Part shown: positions 40,886-53,277 of the stretch, piece after piece
Position numbering within the stretch: the first letter of the stretch is position 1
Layout of the letters: each line of letters starts with the position of its first letter
Source of the DNA: Lepidodermella squamata
Lineage: Eukaryota; Animalia; Gastrotricha
Length of the DNA stretch: 64,000 nt
Assembly (NCBI GenBank): GCA_047495785.1
Contig: JBLDXI010000020.1
Span: 1,488,001 to 1,552,000, forward strand
Direction: 5' to 3'
Translations under genes and position numbers: made by a program
Notes under the pieces: generated by a model
What the model was told of the DNA's origin: nothing
The model's database searches: none
The model's input: the letters and a program-made list of their open reading frames with translations, nothing else

Positions 40886-41183
40886 ATGGCTATTGGTAAG
40901 ATCATCATTTTCCTGGCAACTTACGGTTGCTATGATGGACTGCGCCCATGGATATGTCACATATCAACTGGTCGACGGCGCATGCAGGGACCCTGTCGGC
41001 TCGGCGTTTGTCCCGATGCTTACGAATGCATGTAACGAATTTTGCTGGTCAAAAAAATCCTGTGTCGCTTTCAGCTACAAGCCAAGCGCCACGCTTCCTG
41101 GAAAACTGTGGTGTGTAGCTTACCAAAACTGCAGCTACAAGTACCCGAAAATAGCGGGCGTAACGTTCTACAGGAAGCTTTAG
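40886..41183 (+). pseudogene. Small secreted cysteine-rich PAN/apple-like peptide with a one-base frameshift in the signal peptide
   Basis: ATG at 40886 gives MAIGKIIIFLA. A +1 shift near 40919 continues LTVAMMDCAHG|YVTY...C...C...C..KKSCVAFSY...C...C...FYRK. A TATA-like element lies at about 40795. Confidence 0.55.
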
Positions 41184-41886
41184 AGCCGCTACAAAATCCC
41201 AGACGGCACTCCACAGTATGGTGAGGGGAACCCAACTGTCTAAACTCCTAATAGCAATTATATCGCTTAATGCTTCAATAATATATTATATACTGCTGGC
41301 TAGGCGCTATACCCTTGGGAAACCATTTGACCACTTTACATGGGCGTGATTAATAAAAAAGTGTGTGCTTGTTGTGAAATTCTTTCGTTCAACGACCTCG
41401 CGGTATGAAATTGAGGCTCAGCCAAGCTTCAGCTTTGGGTGAAGTAGTTAAGGTTATGGCAAGATCGCGACGATTTGATATTAACGCATAATGCCATGAA
41501 CAGTTACTTGTATGCGAATCGGTAGGGTGGAGGTTTCTGCTGTTGAAGTTTTGTTCCTGCCATGGCTCAGTTTAGGCCCCGCGATTTTCGAAAAATCCAA
41601 AGGGGGACCCTTATGCCCCAAGGGGTTAAATATTCGGAGCTGTCCGGAACTACCCCAGTATTTGCCGAAATCAGTTGTTCAGAAATCAGAATTTCCAGCC
41701 GAATCAGTTACTCGTGAGTTACCTGAGCAGGAAAAGGTATATTTTTACTGGATAATGCAGTTTTTCAAGGCGCGTGTTTTGGTGAGATCACGTAATCAAC
41801 TTAATCAACTTAATTATTTTCTTGGGTAACAAATTAGGAAAAAGTTAAATAAATGGCTAAAATCACACATAATTATTTTCCCCAGG

Positions 41887-42305
41887 CCAACTGGTGAAAA
41901 ATAATTTAATCCGCAGCAAATTCCTACTCTTTTCCGCAGCAAATTTGTTTATTTTCTTCGTAGCATCTCCAATTTTTCTCCAAATATTAGGAATCGTACT
42001 TGTTCAAAGAGATGAGGATTAGGGCTGTCGAACAAGCCCTAAATCGTTCAAGATGACCAATTTGGGATATGATGGAAATTCGGAAGACATCTTACGTTTG
42101 TTTCACAAATCGCACTATTGGTTAAACTTCAAGAGGGATCGCTCGGCAAAATTAGAACAAAACGATAGCCCTCGAATCACGCTATCAACTGGCATCGAGA
42201 ATAACTTCTCATCAATCGTAGCCTGGTGTCCATGATTGAATAAAAAAAATTGCTGCGGAAAAGAGCATGAATTTGCTGCGGAAAGAAGTACCGTCCCAAC
42301 TGGTG
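41887..42305. repeat. Foldback/MITE-like element: ~36-bp imperfect inverted repeats with flanking 10-bp direct repeats
   Basis: TCCGCAGCAAATTCCTACTCTTTTCCGCAGCAAAT at 41910 is mirrored at 42248-42282. CCAACTGGTG occurs at both 41887 and 42296. Confidence 0.55.
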
Positions 42306-42409
42306 CTTTCGAATTAGGCATACTTAAGGCAAAACAGCTAAAAAGTACCTTGCTTGCTATAGACAATCATCCGCTAAAAAACTGATAAAATAGCTTGCAT
42401 TCTTTCTTT

Positions 42410-43127
42410 TTATTGGAGCATGCCAGTATTATCAAGAATATCAGCTTTCTTGCGTTCAGCAATGTATGCGATAAAAGTATTCCAAGGTATGGCTACAAGG
42501 TTGACGAAAATTATCTGGTAGTTCATCGGAACAAATGCAAAATTGATCATTTGCACAGCGGGCCAAATAGTCCAGTTGAGGAACAACACACGTTTGTAAT
42601 CGCGCGATAGGGTGTCTTTTACTTCTGCCCAGCTATCACCGGCTGTCAGTCGCAGAACTGTCAGGCCCTAATAAATAAATAAAATTCAGTTGAAGTTAAT
42701 TTTTTGCAAAAGCCTTACCGAAGCAACGAAAGGCGGCGTGAAGACAAGCTGGTCAAGAAGAACTTTTTTCAGAGCAAAGTATCTGCTGCCCGGCCTTGCC
42801 ATTTTGTTCAAAACGATATACCATGTTCTGACGAGCGGGGCGCCGAAAAACGCGCCGACGCAAAAGTAGCGGAAACTTTCGGTCGCGCGAAATTTTTCAC
42901 GACGCAGAACGCAAACTTGACAAATGGCGTCACCAATTACACCCAAGACACCTACAAAAATAGAAAAATAGCAACAGTAAGAAAAAAAACTCGGCGCACA
43001 TAATTGATAGACGCTTTTTGATGAATTTGAATGTAGGTTATATTTCGTAATTACCGGCGCTGATGCACTGAGTTACCATTGGACGCCTCTGCATAGCAGA
43101 AGCGTAAGCCTTGACCAAACTCCTCAT
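42410..43127 (-). CDS. Mpv17/PMP22 family membrane protein, paralog B
   Basis: Exons 43127-43055, 42951-42719 and 42667-42410. Motifs PMVTQ, GDAICQ, KVLLDQLVFTP and WPAVQMINFAFVP...WNTF. Confidence 0.9.
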
Positions 43128-43412
43128 AATAACGCGCTACAACAACGGAAAATGTGACAACAATTGTAATAAATTGTAATAACTCATCAATATATTATCA
43201 ATTTCTTAAACTAAAAGCATGCTATGCTAGAATTAAAATTTTCGCATCGACAACAAAAAGCACTTTTTAAGCACTGCAAGCAGTGTAATACAATCGAAAG
43301 AGATGTTGCGCAACAAACCCTAGAACGATGCCGATTAGATCAATTATAAACCAACACAATGAACGAAAGCTAATAACTATTATGCGGTAGTCGAATGACT
43401 AGGCCGAGGGTA

Positions 43413-43496
43413 CCGTCAACTGGGGTGACTTTACCCAGTGGGGTGACTTCGCCGTACCAAAAATCAAAGATGGTAAGGTAAATACCCCGCGAGTGG
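43413..43496. mobile_element. Truncated left end of the same pogo-like MITE family as 9844-10155
   Basis: TA|CCGTCAACTGGGGTGACTT...CGTACCAAAAATCAAAGATGGTAAGGTAAATACCCCGCGAGTGG is shared with 9844-9908. Confidence 0.85.
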
Positions 43497-44162
43497 TACC
43501 TTGGCAATAACAAAAAATGATGGCAGGTGCACCAAATTTAAATATTACTGTTGATCTCATGACTTAACTTTGTGTGCAGTAGGTAACTAACCTTGAAGTT
43601 ATAATTAACTTGGTCTTTTACATCTGTTACGCTGAAAACATCATTTCTCGAAAATCTTATTCTTTTAACATCGATCGGTAGCATTGTTTAGCAGATTTTA
43701 CGACCAGAGGCTTTGAGAATCAATATCTTGTAACTCTGGGATCTTAAGAAACGCCGGATTTTGCAATGAATTCTCCTCTATTATGGCCTTCTATTGCCTC
43801 TTCAAATGACTGGATAGAGCCGAAATCGCTGGATGGGTCTCGTATTAATGAAAATTCCAAAATTCACGGTGATAAGGTCAGGGCGCAATGCTACGGCAGC
43901 CTGCAACTGCGTCCATATAATACTTCGTATACGTCTCACTTGTTTCTGTGATAGTCAACCAATTATATTTGTCCGTTTATTTCAGTGACCTCATCGTCAT
44001 TGATATTAATAGGAAACAAAAATAGAAGATTGCGTGAATTGCTCTGGGGAGCATTTGCAAATTTTAATGATAAAATTGAAAATCAATTTCTACAAAATCG
44101 CTATTTTTCATTGCAATAAATTGTGTGCACAATAATTCTATATCATAACGGATTTGATCGTT

Positions 44163-44811
44163 TTATTCCGCTGAGTGGCTGGTAGATTTCTGCTCTGCCA
44201 CATAAGCTACATATGTGTTCCACGCTAGAGCGACTGAATTGACCACGATGACTTGGTAGTTAATTGGTACAAAATAAAAATTGATGAGCTGCACAGCAGG
44301 CCAGACTTTCCAGCCGGTGAATAGCAATTTCAGGTAATCTCGCTTCAAAGATTCCGCAACTGTTTGTAAATTATTTCCATCGAGTACTCTGAAATAAAAA
44401 ACATCATTGGTCAACACCTTCTTTTTGAAAGTGTATAAATTACCTGAGTATCGATAAAATGGACGCGGAGAACACGGGAGAAAACACTAATTGATCGTAC
44501 AACATTTTTTTCACTGCGAAATACTTCCGACTGGATGGGACCAATTTATCAAGCTTTATATACCAGGTCCGAAGAACAGGCGCAACAAACAAGGATCCAA
44601 CGCAAAAGTAACGCAGGCATTCTTTTTTATCAAAATTTTCTTTTTTCAGGATGACAACCTGGGCTATCGTATCTCCGAGAGCCATCAGACACCCTGGCAG
44701 AAAAACACACATAAAACACAAAATACCATGCACAATAAAAATTTTACCCGATGTGCCGCACTGAGTGAGCAGAGGATATTTATTCATTAAGTTGCGGTAC
44801 AGTCGAAACAT
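44163..44811 (-). CDS. MPV17: Mpv17/PMP22 family membrane protein, paralog A
   Basis: Exons 44811-44748, 44693-44444 and 44388-44163. Motifs YPLLTQ, GDTIAQ, KMLYDQLVFSP and WPAVQLINFYFVP...VALAWNTY. Confidence 0.88.
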
Positions 44812-46578
44812 ATTTTCAACGTTTTTGTCAACACTAAATTTCAACACAATGAAACCATGATTAACGACATTGGATAATGTTAGATGTGCTTCCATGAGAT
44901 ACTTCATTAGTAGGGCTTAAGTGGAAAACATGAATAAGATGTGCTACGGTAATACATCGAATTATAGTTTATGAAACAACAAGGAAATTCAGGTTCGTGG
45001 GACGAGAATTGTGTAAAACATTGACGGAATTAGATCCGTAATTCTTGGCCTATGAACTTTCTATGAATGTTTCAAGACTAAACAGAACCTATACTTGAGA
45101 ACATCGCATCAATATATTATGGCACGCTCTTAATACACATCGATAAGTGAAGTTTTTCATAACTTCCGCTCCTATTTTTTTGTTAGGCTTTAACCGTTCA
45201 AATACAATGCTATCTAAATCGATGACAATCGATGAGGCTACACTTTTGAAATGACTAAACTTAATGCGAGACCTTATACCTAATGCGAGAAAATAGCGCC
45301 AAGCTTCGCTTATGCGCACTTGAAAATCGCTAAAATCATGTTCAAGCACCCGAAAATCATTACAATCAAGCTTACATGAAAGCAACGGACACCAGAAGAA
45401 CCCTTGACATAGGACATGCCGCACATCCATGGGCATTTTTTCAACTAATTTAATACCTTTGGAGGTTTCATTTTCATTTCGACTTTATTGTCAAACGGTG
45501 CGCTTAATTTTATTTTATCAAGACTGAGCAGTTATCTGCAATCAGATACCAACCATATAATGCATCATTTACAGCACAAGTAGCAACCTGAAGGGTTCCA
45601 GCAGTTTTTTCCCGCACACTCATATCCAAGACTTCATTGCCTTAATTAGGCAGAATCCTGCTCGATAGTCTAACCCACAACTCGTTGGCTGACCAATTTT
45701 AAAATTTTCTAATTTTATGAGCTCATGATTATTATAGCGATCGATAAAAGAAGTGATAGCTGACCTCCGACCTCACACAGGCAGAGCAGGCTGATAACTG
45801 CTAAGGTAAGAAACAGTCTGCCCTTTCTGTGGAGAACCTTTTGCGGGCAAACTCCGGTCTAGGTGTCTCATGCCTTACCTTGTACATGCCTTACCCTACA
45901 CCCAGGTAAAAAACGCCTCGAAAGAAGAAAAAATTATATGCTTTTTTGCCCGCCAAAACAAGTCACGTGCTGTTTTGACCCATGCTAAACTTTGTATTCA
46001 AGAAACTATTTTTAATTTATATGCCGGTTATTTTCATTATTTTCATTTTTATTTGTCGCAGGTTTTTTTTGAGGTCTTCTTCGCCCATCAGATCCGGGGC
46101 GTAAAACCCCATGGCAAGAACATGAATCACCCATCTCAAGTTTTAGGTCTCACCTATGCCATCTGGTTTGATCTGATCTCTGTGTAGGTGTGGGATGCGT
46201 TCTTAAAGGTTACTCTTGAATTTTCGTAGGACACAAAAACTTGAAATCCTCCGAAAATTCGCAGAAAATTGCTAAAACCTGCTAATGCGAAGATGAAGGA
46301 TGAAGTTTAAGGCGGAAACTTTGGAAGCAGAAAGCAGGATAAATATCGGCATTCATGAACTATGTATTGTTGATCTTAAGAGAAAAATAGGAAAGCCCTA
46401 AATCCTAAATATTAGGATGAGTTGGCGACCCACGCAACCGCGACGCTTTCTAACATATGTCTCTCATCAGGGATCGCTTATCCTGAATTGGGTGTAAGGC
46501 GTTGTGCAAGTTTTCTTACTATGAACTATGAAGTACCATCAATTTTCCATTTATTTATATAGCATATAATAATAAAAT

Positions 46579-49500
46579 ATGGCTGCTTCAAGAGAGAAGA
46601 CTCATGCTCTACATTTCTTGGACACAGACGATTCTGCCACGTTTGGCGCTGACACTCAGCCCGGAGGATACGATTTCCATGACTTCACGGTCACGTCACA
46701 GACACAGTCACAGTCACAGGTTGGGACCCAAATGTCGAGCGTACGTTTCTTTATGCTGCTTCTTTTATTTCTTTATTTACCCGTGAGGTTTTTAGAAAAT
46801 TGATCATGCTGAAAATGCCGTCGACAAAATCACTAAGGCCACCAATCAATTGCATTTTGATGACGAGGCAGAAGACTTGAACAATGAATTCAAAGAGCTG
46901 CCGAAACACGCATGCGCGTACGTTTAACTAGTTGTATTGTATACTTGCATGATTTATATTCCTGATGTTCTCAGGTATTGCGGAATTCACGATCCTGCAG
47001 CTGTTGCATATTGTCCGTCTGCGAAAAGATGGTTTTGCAATGGGCGTGGAAACACTTCGGGCAGCCATATTATTCACCATTTAGTTCGAGCGAAAGCGAA
47101 GGAGGTAACTCTGCACAAAGAAGGACCTATGGGAGAAACAACACTCGAGTGCTACAACTGCGGTTGTCGCAACGTATTTGTCCTTGGATTTGTACCTGCG
47201 AAGGCCGAGTCTGTCGTTGTGCTTCTATGTCGTACGCCTTGCGCTCAACAAGCAACTGTGAAAGATATTGAATGGGACTCTGCTCTCTGGCAGCCTCTTA
47301 TTCAAGATCGAGAGTTCGTTCCTTGGCTGGTAAAAGTTCCATCTGCTGCTGATCAGTCCCGAGCTCGGCAGATCACAGCTCAACAGATCGCAAAGCTTGA
47401 AGAGCTTTGGAATTATAAACCCGAAGCTCAGGTTGAAGATCTTGAAAAACCAGGCGTGGATGAAGATGTCCAACAAGTTCTGTTGCGCTACCAAGATGGC
47501 TATCAATACCAATCAATTTTTGCTGCATTGGTTCACCTTGAAGCTGAATATGATCGTCAAGTTAAAGAAGCCCTGACGCAAGACAACGTGCAAGTTCGCT
47601 GGGATATCGGCCTCAACAAAAAACGCACCGCTTACTTTAAACTGACGAAATTCAGTGATGAAATGAAGCTGATGCAGGGCGATGAGCTTCGTTTACGCGA
47701 GCCTAAGCGTAAATGGTTTGGCATCGGTAATGTTATCAAGGTCGCAGACAACAAGACCGATGAGGTTGCTATCGAACTGAAAAGCAACGTTGGGGTTCCG
47801 ATCGACTGCAATAACTTGAGCGTTGATTTTGTTTGGAAAAGCACGACTTTTGACCGAATGACCAATGCTTTGAAAACGTTCGCCATGGACGAAAATTGCG
47901 TGTCCACTTACGTCTACCACAAATTGCTAGGTCACGAGGTTGATGACTACTCCCTCCGAACCCAACCGCCTAAACGCTTTTCAGCACCTAACTTGCCAGA
48001 ATTGAATCATTCCCAAGTTTATGCCGTGAAAACAGTTTTGCAGAGACCTTTGTCGCTCATTCAGGGTCCTCCAGGTACGGGCAAAACAGTCACTGCTGCT
48101 ACGATTGTTTACCAGCTTGTCAAGTCGACGAATGGACAGGTGCTCGTTTGTGCTCCGTCAAATATTGCTGTCGATCAGCTGACTGAAAAGATTCACCGCA
48201 CTGGCTTGAAAGTCGTTCGCCTATGCGCGAAAAGCAGAGAAGCTATCGACTCGCCTGTCTCGTTCTTAGCCCTGCATAATCAGTTGCGTAACTTGACCGC
48301 TAACTCAGAACTGCAAAAGTTGATCCAGCTTAAAGAGGAAGCTGGCGAGTTGTCAGCCTCTGACGAACAGGCATTCATCTCTTTGAAGCGTATTGCGGAG
48401 CGAGAACTTCTGGCAAATGCTGATGTTATCTGCTGCACATGCGTTGGAGCTGGGGACCCACGTTTGGGTAGTAACAAGCTGAAAATTCGCTCTGTTCTGA
48501 TCGACGAGTGCACCCAAGCAACTGAACCTGAGTGTATGATTCCAATCGTTAGTGGCGCGAAACAACTTATATTGGTCGGTGATCATTGTCAGCTTGGCCC
48601 TGTCGTCATGTGTAAAAAGGCTGCGAAAGCTGGTCTCTGCCAGTCGCTTTTCGAGCGCTTAGTCGTATTGGGTATTCGACCTATTCGTCTCCAAGTGCAA
48701 TACCGTATGCATCCAGCGCTGTCACAATTCCCATCCAACATCTTTTACGAGGGTACTCTTCAAAACGGAGTTACTGCGGGCGATCGAATTAAGCCTGGAT
48801 TGGACTTCCCTTGGCCTAATATGGATAAGCCCATGTTTTTCTACGCCGTTATGGGCACGGAGGAAATCGCAGGTTCTGGAACTTCGTATTTGAACCGAAC
48901 CGAAGCGGCAACTGTTGAAAAATTGACGACTCATCTGCTGAAGGGGGGCATAAAACCCGATCAGATCGGTGTTATCACCCCATATGAAGGCCAAAGAGCT
49001 TTCATTGTTCAATATATGCAACACAGTGGCTCGCTCAACGCCCGGCTGTACCAGGAAATTGAGGTCGCAAGCGTCGACGCTTTTCAAGGTCGTGAGAAGG
49101 ATTACATCATCATGACGTGCGTTCGTAGCAATGAGCACCACCAAATCGGGTTTTTGTCCGACCCTCGACGTCTCAACGTTGCTATCACCCGAGCTCGTTA
49201 CGGCCTTGTTATCGTGGGAAATCCGAAAGTTTTGTCAAAGCAGCCGCTCTGGAACCATCTGCTGACCTTTTACAAGGAGAACCGATTGCTGGTCGAAGGC
49301 CCCCTCACTAGTTTGAAAGAAAGCCAGGTCCAGTTTGCGAAGTTGCAGAAATTGGTTAACCCGATCAACCCTGGTGCGAAATTCATGTCGACGACCACTT
49401 ACGATGCCAGGCAGTACTACGCTACGGTTCAATCGCAACACGGCCCACCTGGGGCGTCTCAGAACAACGGCCCGATGTCGCAGAACTTCGGCTCTGGTTA

Positions 49501-50129
49501 CAACGGACCAATCAGCCAGGGCTACGGAAACACGCCCCAATACAGCGGTGCTGGTATGGCAGCCCCGCCTCCTTACCCTGGCGCTGGGTCTGCCGCTCGT
49601 CTTCACGACCCAATGACCTTCATTGATCCGATGATGGCCAACTACAACTTCCAGTTGCCCCTGGGACTGTTTTACCCGATGGTTCCACCTCAAAACTCCG
49701 GTGAGAGTTTGTACTTTCTAGTGAGTTTGTTGATTATTCATGTTTTATTAAGGTGGTATGCGCCCTGGGCCTCCTGGCCAGACTGCTCCCTATGGCAACT
49801 TCTCCAATGGCCCGATGCGACGAATGCCGATGGCCCCAGCTCCATCCCGTGGAAATCCGATGAAAGCACCCCAAGGTCGACAGGGTGGCCCGCTGAGCCA
49901 AGAGCCGATCAGCCAAACCAACTACGCCTCGTTGTCGGGCCCATCTGGCATTGACTCGCAGCCGAACCAGCGCAACCACACGGACCAGACGATGTCCCAG
50001 AGCGGCCCTGGTTTTTCGCAGGACGTTGTCTACGGCAGTGCGGCGTCTGGAAACCGCGGCGACATGATGCTGTCGCAGGACTCGCGCGCTGCGCTATCGC
50101 AAGGCGGCGGCTATTTGAGCCAGTACTGA
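46579..50129 (+). CDS. UPF1: Nonsense-mediated decay helicase UPF1 (SMG-2)
   Basis: CH domain ([23 protein letters not shown]), [24 protein letters not shown] and an SQ-rich tail ending LSQY. Exons 46579-46740, 46796-46917, 46975-49700 and 49753-50129. Confidence 0.98.
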
Positions 50130-50983
50130 AACGAGCATTGCTCAGGTCTGATTCTGCGACCAGGAAGTTGCCGAGGAAGTGTTCTTCGGCTGTTAATGCG
50201 CGACTGTCGCAGTGAGGCGAGGGCAGTCTTGTTCTACGAAGGCTGTTTCCTTTGCTGCAAAAAGCTACTCTATTTATATTGCCAACGCGAGAGAATGAGT
50301 GAAAAGGGATGCGTTATATGGAAAATCTTTACCGATGTCTTAAAGCAATGGCGCACTTCGCTTGCTGCCATTTAATTTTATTCAACAACGACGCTTACGT
50401 GGCGGCGTTTAGGACAAAGTAATATTCCAGCTGTGCCATCGATTCAACGTCGGTAAATAACTAAATAATGATAATATTATTATAAAAAAAGAAACGGGAC
50501 TTGTGTGCGTGAAGCAGTGGTCATTGAATCTAATGACCAGCTTGAAATCCGGCGGTAAAGTTGTTGATTTTCAATCCCGTGATAGCTACGATGTTGTAAT
50601 ATTTAGTTTTGAAATTATAAATAACAGATTCATTGTGATCGTAGATACTTATATGACCAGCTGTTTAGCTTGCATTCTCGCGATATGTTGTTATAACTCT
50701 GTGATCGGATGCTTGAAATCGATAGTTATATATCTTTATTTCAGCAGGCAAAACGATCACGGGGTAAAGCTGCAAGTTTGTTTCATCCACCTCTTCAGCT
50801 CTCTGTATCTGTGCTGATTTGATGGTGTAGCCTAAAACGCTTAGTAATTCTGCTTAGCAATTATATCAAATATGCGAAATTAACTTCTGCCGTACAAATT
50901 CAAATTTCAACGTACAATTGCGTTGAAAATGAAAATAAATTGGTTCTATCTAATTTTCTGATTTCTCTTTCTTAGTTTTTAAC

Positions 50984-52583
50984 ATGAATTTCGGAGGCGG
51001 TCCACCCAGTTATCACCTATCGTCTAGACGATCAACAGTTGTGACGGCGACTGATGGCATTAAGGTGGCTGTCTCTGAAGCCTACCGTTTCCAGAGCGTG
51101 AAAATCCCTGACTATTGCCGGTTCGCGTCAAATACGTTGAGCTTGTCGGCTAACGACTATAATTTCACAATCGAGCATTCGGTACTCAGCAAATATGAAG
51201 CTGAGGAGAGGGCGGCTAAAGCAGCTGCTGAACGCGCAGCCTCTGCGCAAACTGCCAAAGATTCACCTGCTCCCAAGAGAGATTCGGCACCGGCGTTTCC
51301 AATACTGATCCCAGATGGCGGCCTTCTAAGGCCTCAAGCGGCGGATTCCACGCCTCGTAGCACCCCTCAGGACAACAGCTCTGGCGCGCTCGGCTCGTCT
51401 CGCGGCCGGGCTAATAATGAATGGGCCGATTTCGAGAGATCTCACGACTTGTTCGATGACCTCGAATTGAAGTCAATAGATGATCGGCATGAACTCGCTC
51501 GGGTACTCGTGAGTAGCAACAGCGAACCCCAACCACCATACCCACCCGGTCCAGGCGGGGCGAATGCCCCTATTTCCATGTCTAGTCTTGTTGAAGAACA
51601 CAAAAAACTATCACTCAGTGACAATAATTTATCGCGAGGCTTGGCGAACTCGTCTAGTTCGAGTAGAATTTCACCGGTGCCACCGCAACCTGCTCCGACA
51701 TATGCATCAGCTTCCGATCTATCGCAAATGAATCGAGCTTCTTCCTCGCACAACAACGGCATGCCTAGGCAAAGCCCACCGCCCATTCCGTTATCAGCCT
51801 CGCAACAAACTGCTGTAGCCCACACGGCTGCGATGGGCTTCGATCGGCATTTGTGTGCGAGAATGGCGGCTGACCTAGAGACAGACCAAGAGGAGATTAT
51901 TGCAAATGCGGTCCTGGCTCATTCCAGTCTCGTGGCATCCGGCTACCAGGCGCAACATGTCGAACGGGCTTTGGTGCTAGTCGGCGCTGATGAGAGAAAA
52001 GTAAGCCGACTCCTCAAAAGTTTTCATCCTTCCCATGGTTCTTCTTGAATTTATGTAAATTGGTAACTTAATTTTCGAAAAATTCCTTACAAAATGAATT
52101 AAAATTGCTACAATTGCAATATGTTAGGGAGGATCAATCTCGCGCCTTAAACGAAATTTTAAGTTTTTTTTTTACAAACATTCACTCGATTTCGTTCATG
52201 CGAAAGAATTCCTTTGGAAGGTCTTTCAATGTATTCAACTTGGAACCTGTATTAAGGCGGAAGCCATTTCATTAGATCTCAATAATGAAAATTGGAAGAA
52301 TAAGGGTATAGCTTTGGTAATTATTTGGGGAGTTTTCTAAATTGTACTCCGTGAAAGATTTGCTCCGTGAATTTCATGAAATTGTTTTATTTAGGCTCGA
52401 AACGTGATGGAAGCGTGCTCATACCTCGTTCAATTCGGCTTCACTCGAGAGCAGATATACGCTGCCATAGCCAAAATGGCGGGAGATAAAAAGCTGTCGG
52501 CTTCCTCGCCTGCTGCTGCTAACTTCACAAACACGGACGAATTACGCGACAAACTGTTAGATGTGCTCACTGCGAACGGCTGA
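50984..52583 (+). CDS. UBAP1: UBAP1-like ESCRT-I subunit (UMA domain plus C-terminal UBA repeats)
   Basis: UMA-like GIKVAVSEAYR...YNFTIEHSVL, FERSHDLFDDLELKSIDDRHELARVL, and C-terminal MGF/SGY/FGF UBA-like units. Exons 50984-52000 and 52395-52583. Confidence 0.8.
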
Positions 52584-53277
52584 TTTGCAAAGCTGAGTTT
52601 ACGATGATTCCACTCTCTCTGTTATAAAATACTGCAAAATCACGCGCTACATTTTTTGTATCAGTTCGAAGGCAATCTACCTATCTGTTTGTCACTCGGT
52701 GTTTTCCGGTCTGGTTTTTGTTGTTGTTCTGTCTCGTGCGTCTGAAATTCTTCTTTAGTCGGGGGCCGAATTCAGGCCGTCCTTTCCTCTTTCAGCGTCT
52801 AGCTCGTTCGCTTTTGTGGTCTACGGATGCGCTGGATTGAATATTTATTTTTTATTACTACAATTACCATCGCGACAGCCACTGAATCCTTCCCTTCTCG
52901 GCGGTTCTAACAACTATCTGTTTATTATTGAGGCGGAAGATTGATAAGCCAGGAAATCATAATTCACGAAATTGATGTTTTCAAAAAGTGCTTGCATTTT
53001 TATTTGTGTACTATGTGGCGCAGAATCGAGATGCTTTTTACTGATCGGACAACAAGAAAAATATTATGATCAACTAAATATATAAATGACAAAATTTGGC
53101 CAACATAATTCGTAATATTCAGGGAAATATTATGGATTTATATATATTCAGTATTTTGTTGCACGAAATTCCGCTAAAATGTCTAGAAACGATTGATGAC
53201 GATAAAAATAATAAAAATACATGGCTTATAATTGCTGCGGTTTTTTTCAAAATTTGAGGTATTGTTGCATTCGATTT

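Noticed and set aside
43890-43935. Minus-strand YEVLYGRSCRLP resembling an integrase tail
   Set aside because: Only about 12 aa, flanked by stops, with no other retroelement motif nearby.
50533-50572. SECIS-like ATGA...AAA...GA hairpin downstream of the UPF1 TGA stop
   Set aside because: Helix II is too short (about 7 bp) and UPF1 ends at its canonical LSQY; no selenoprotein candidate is present.
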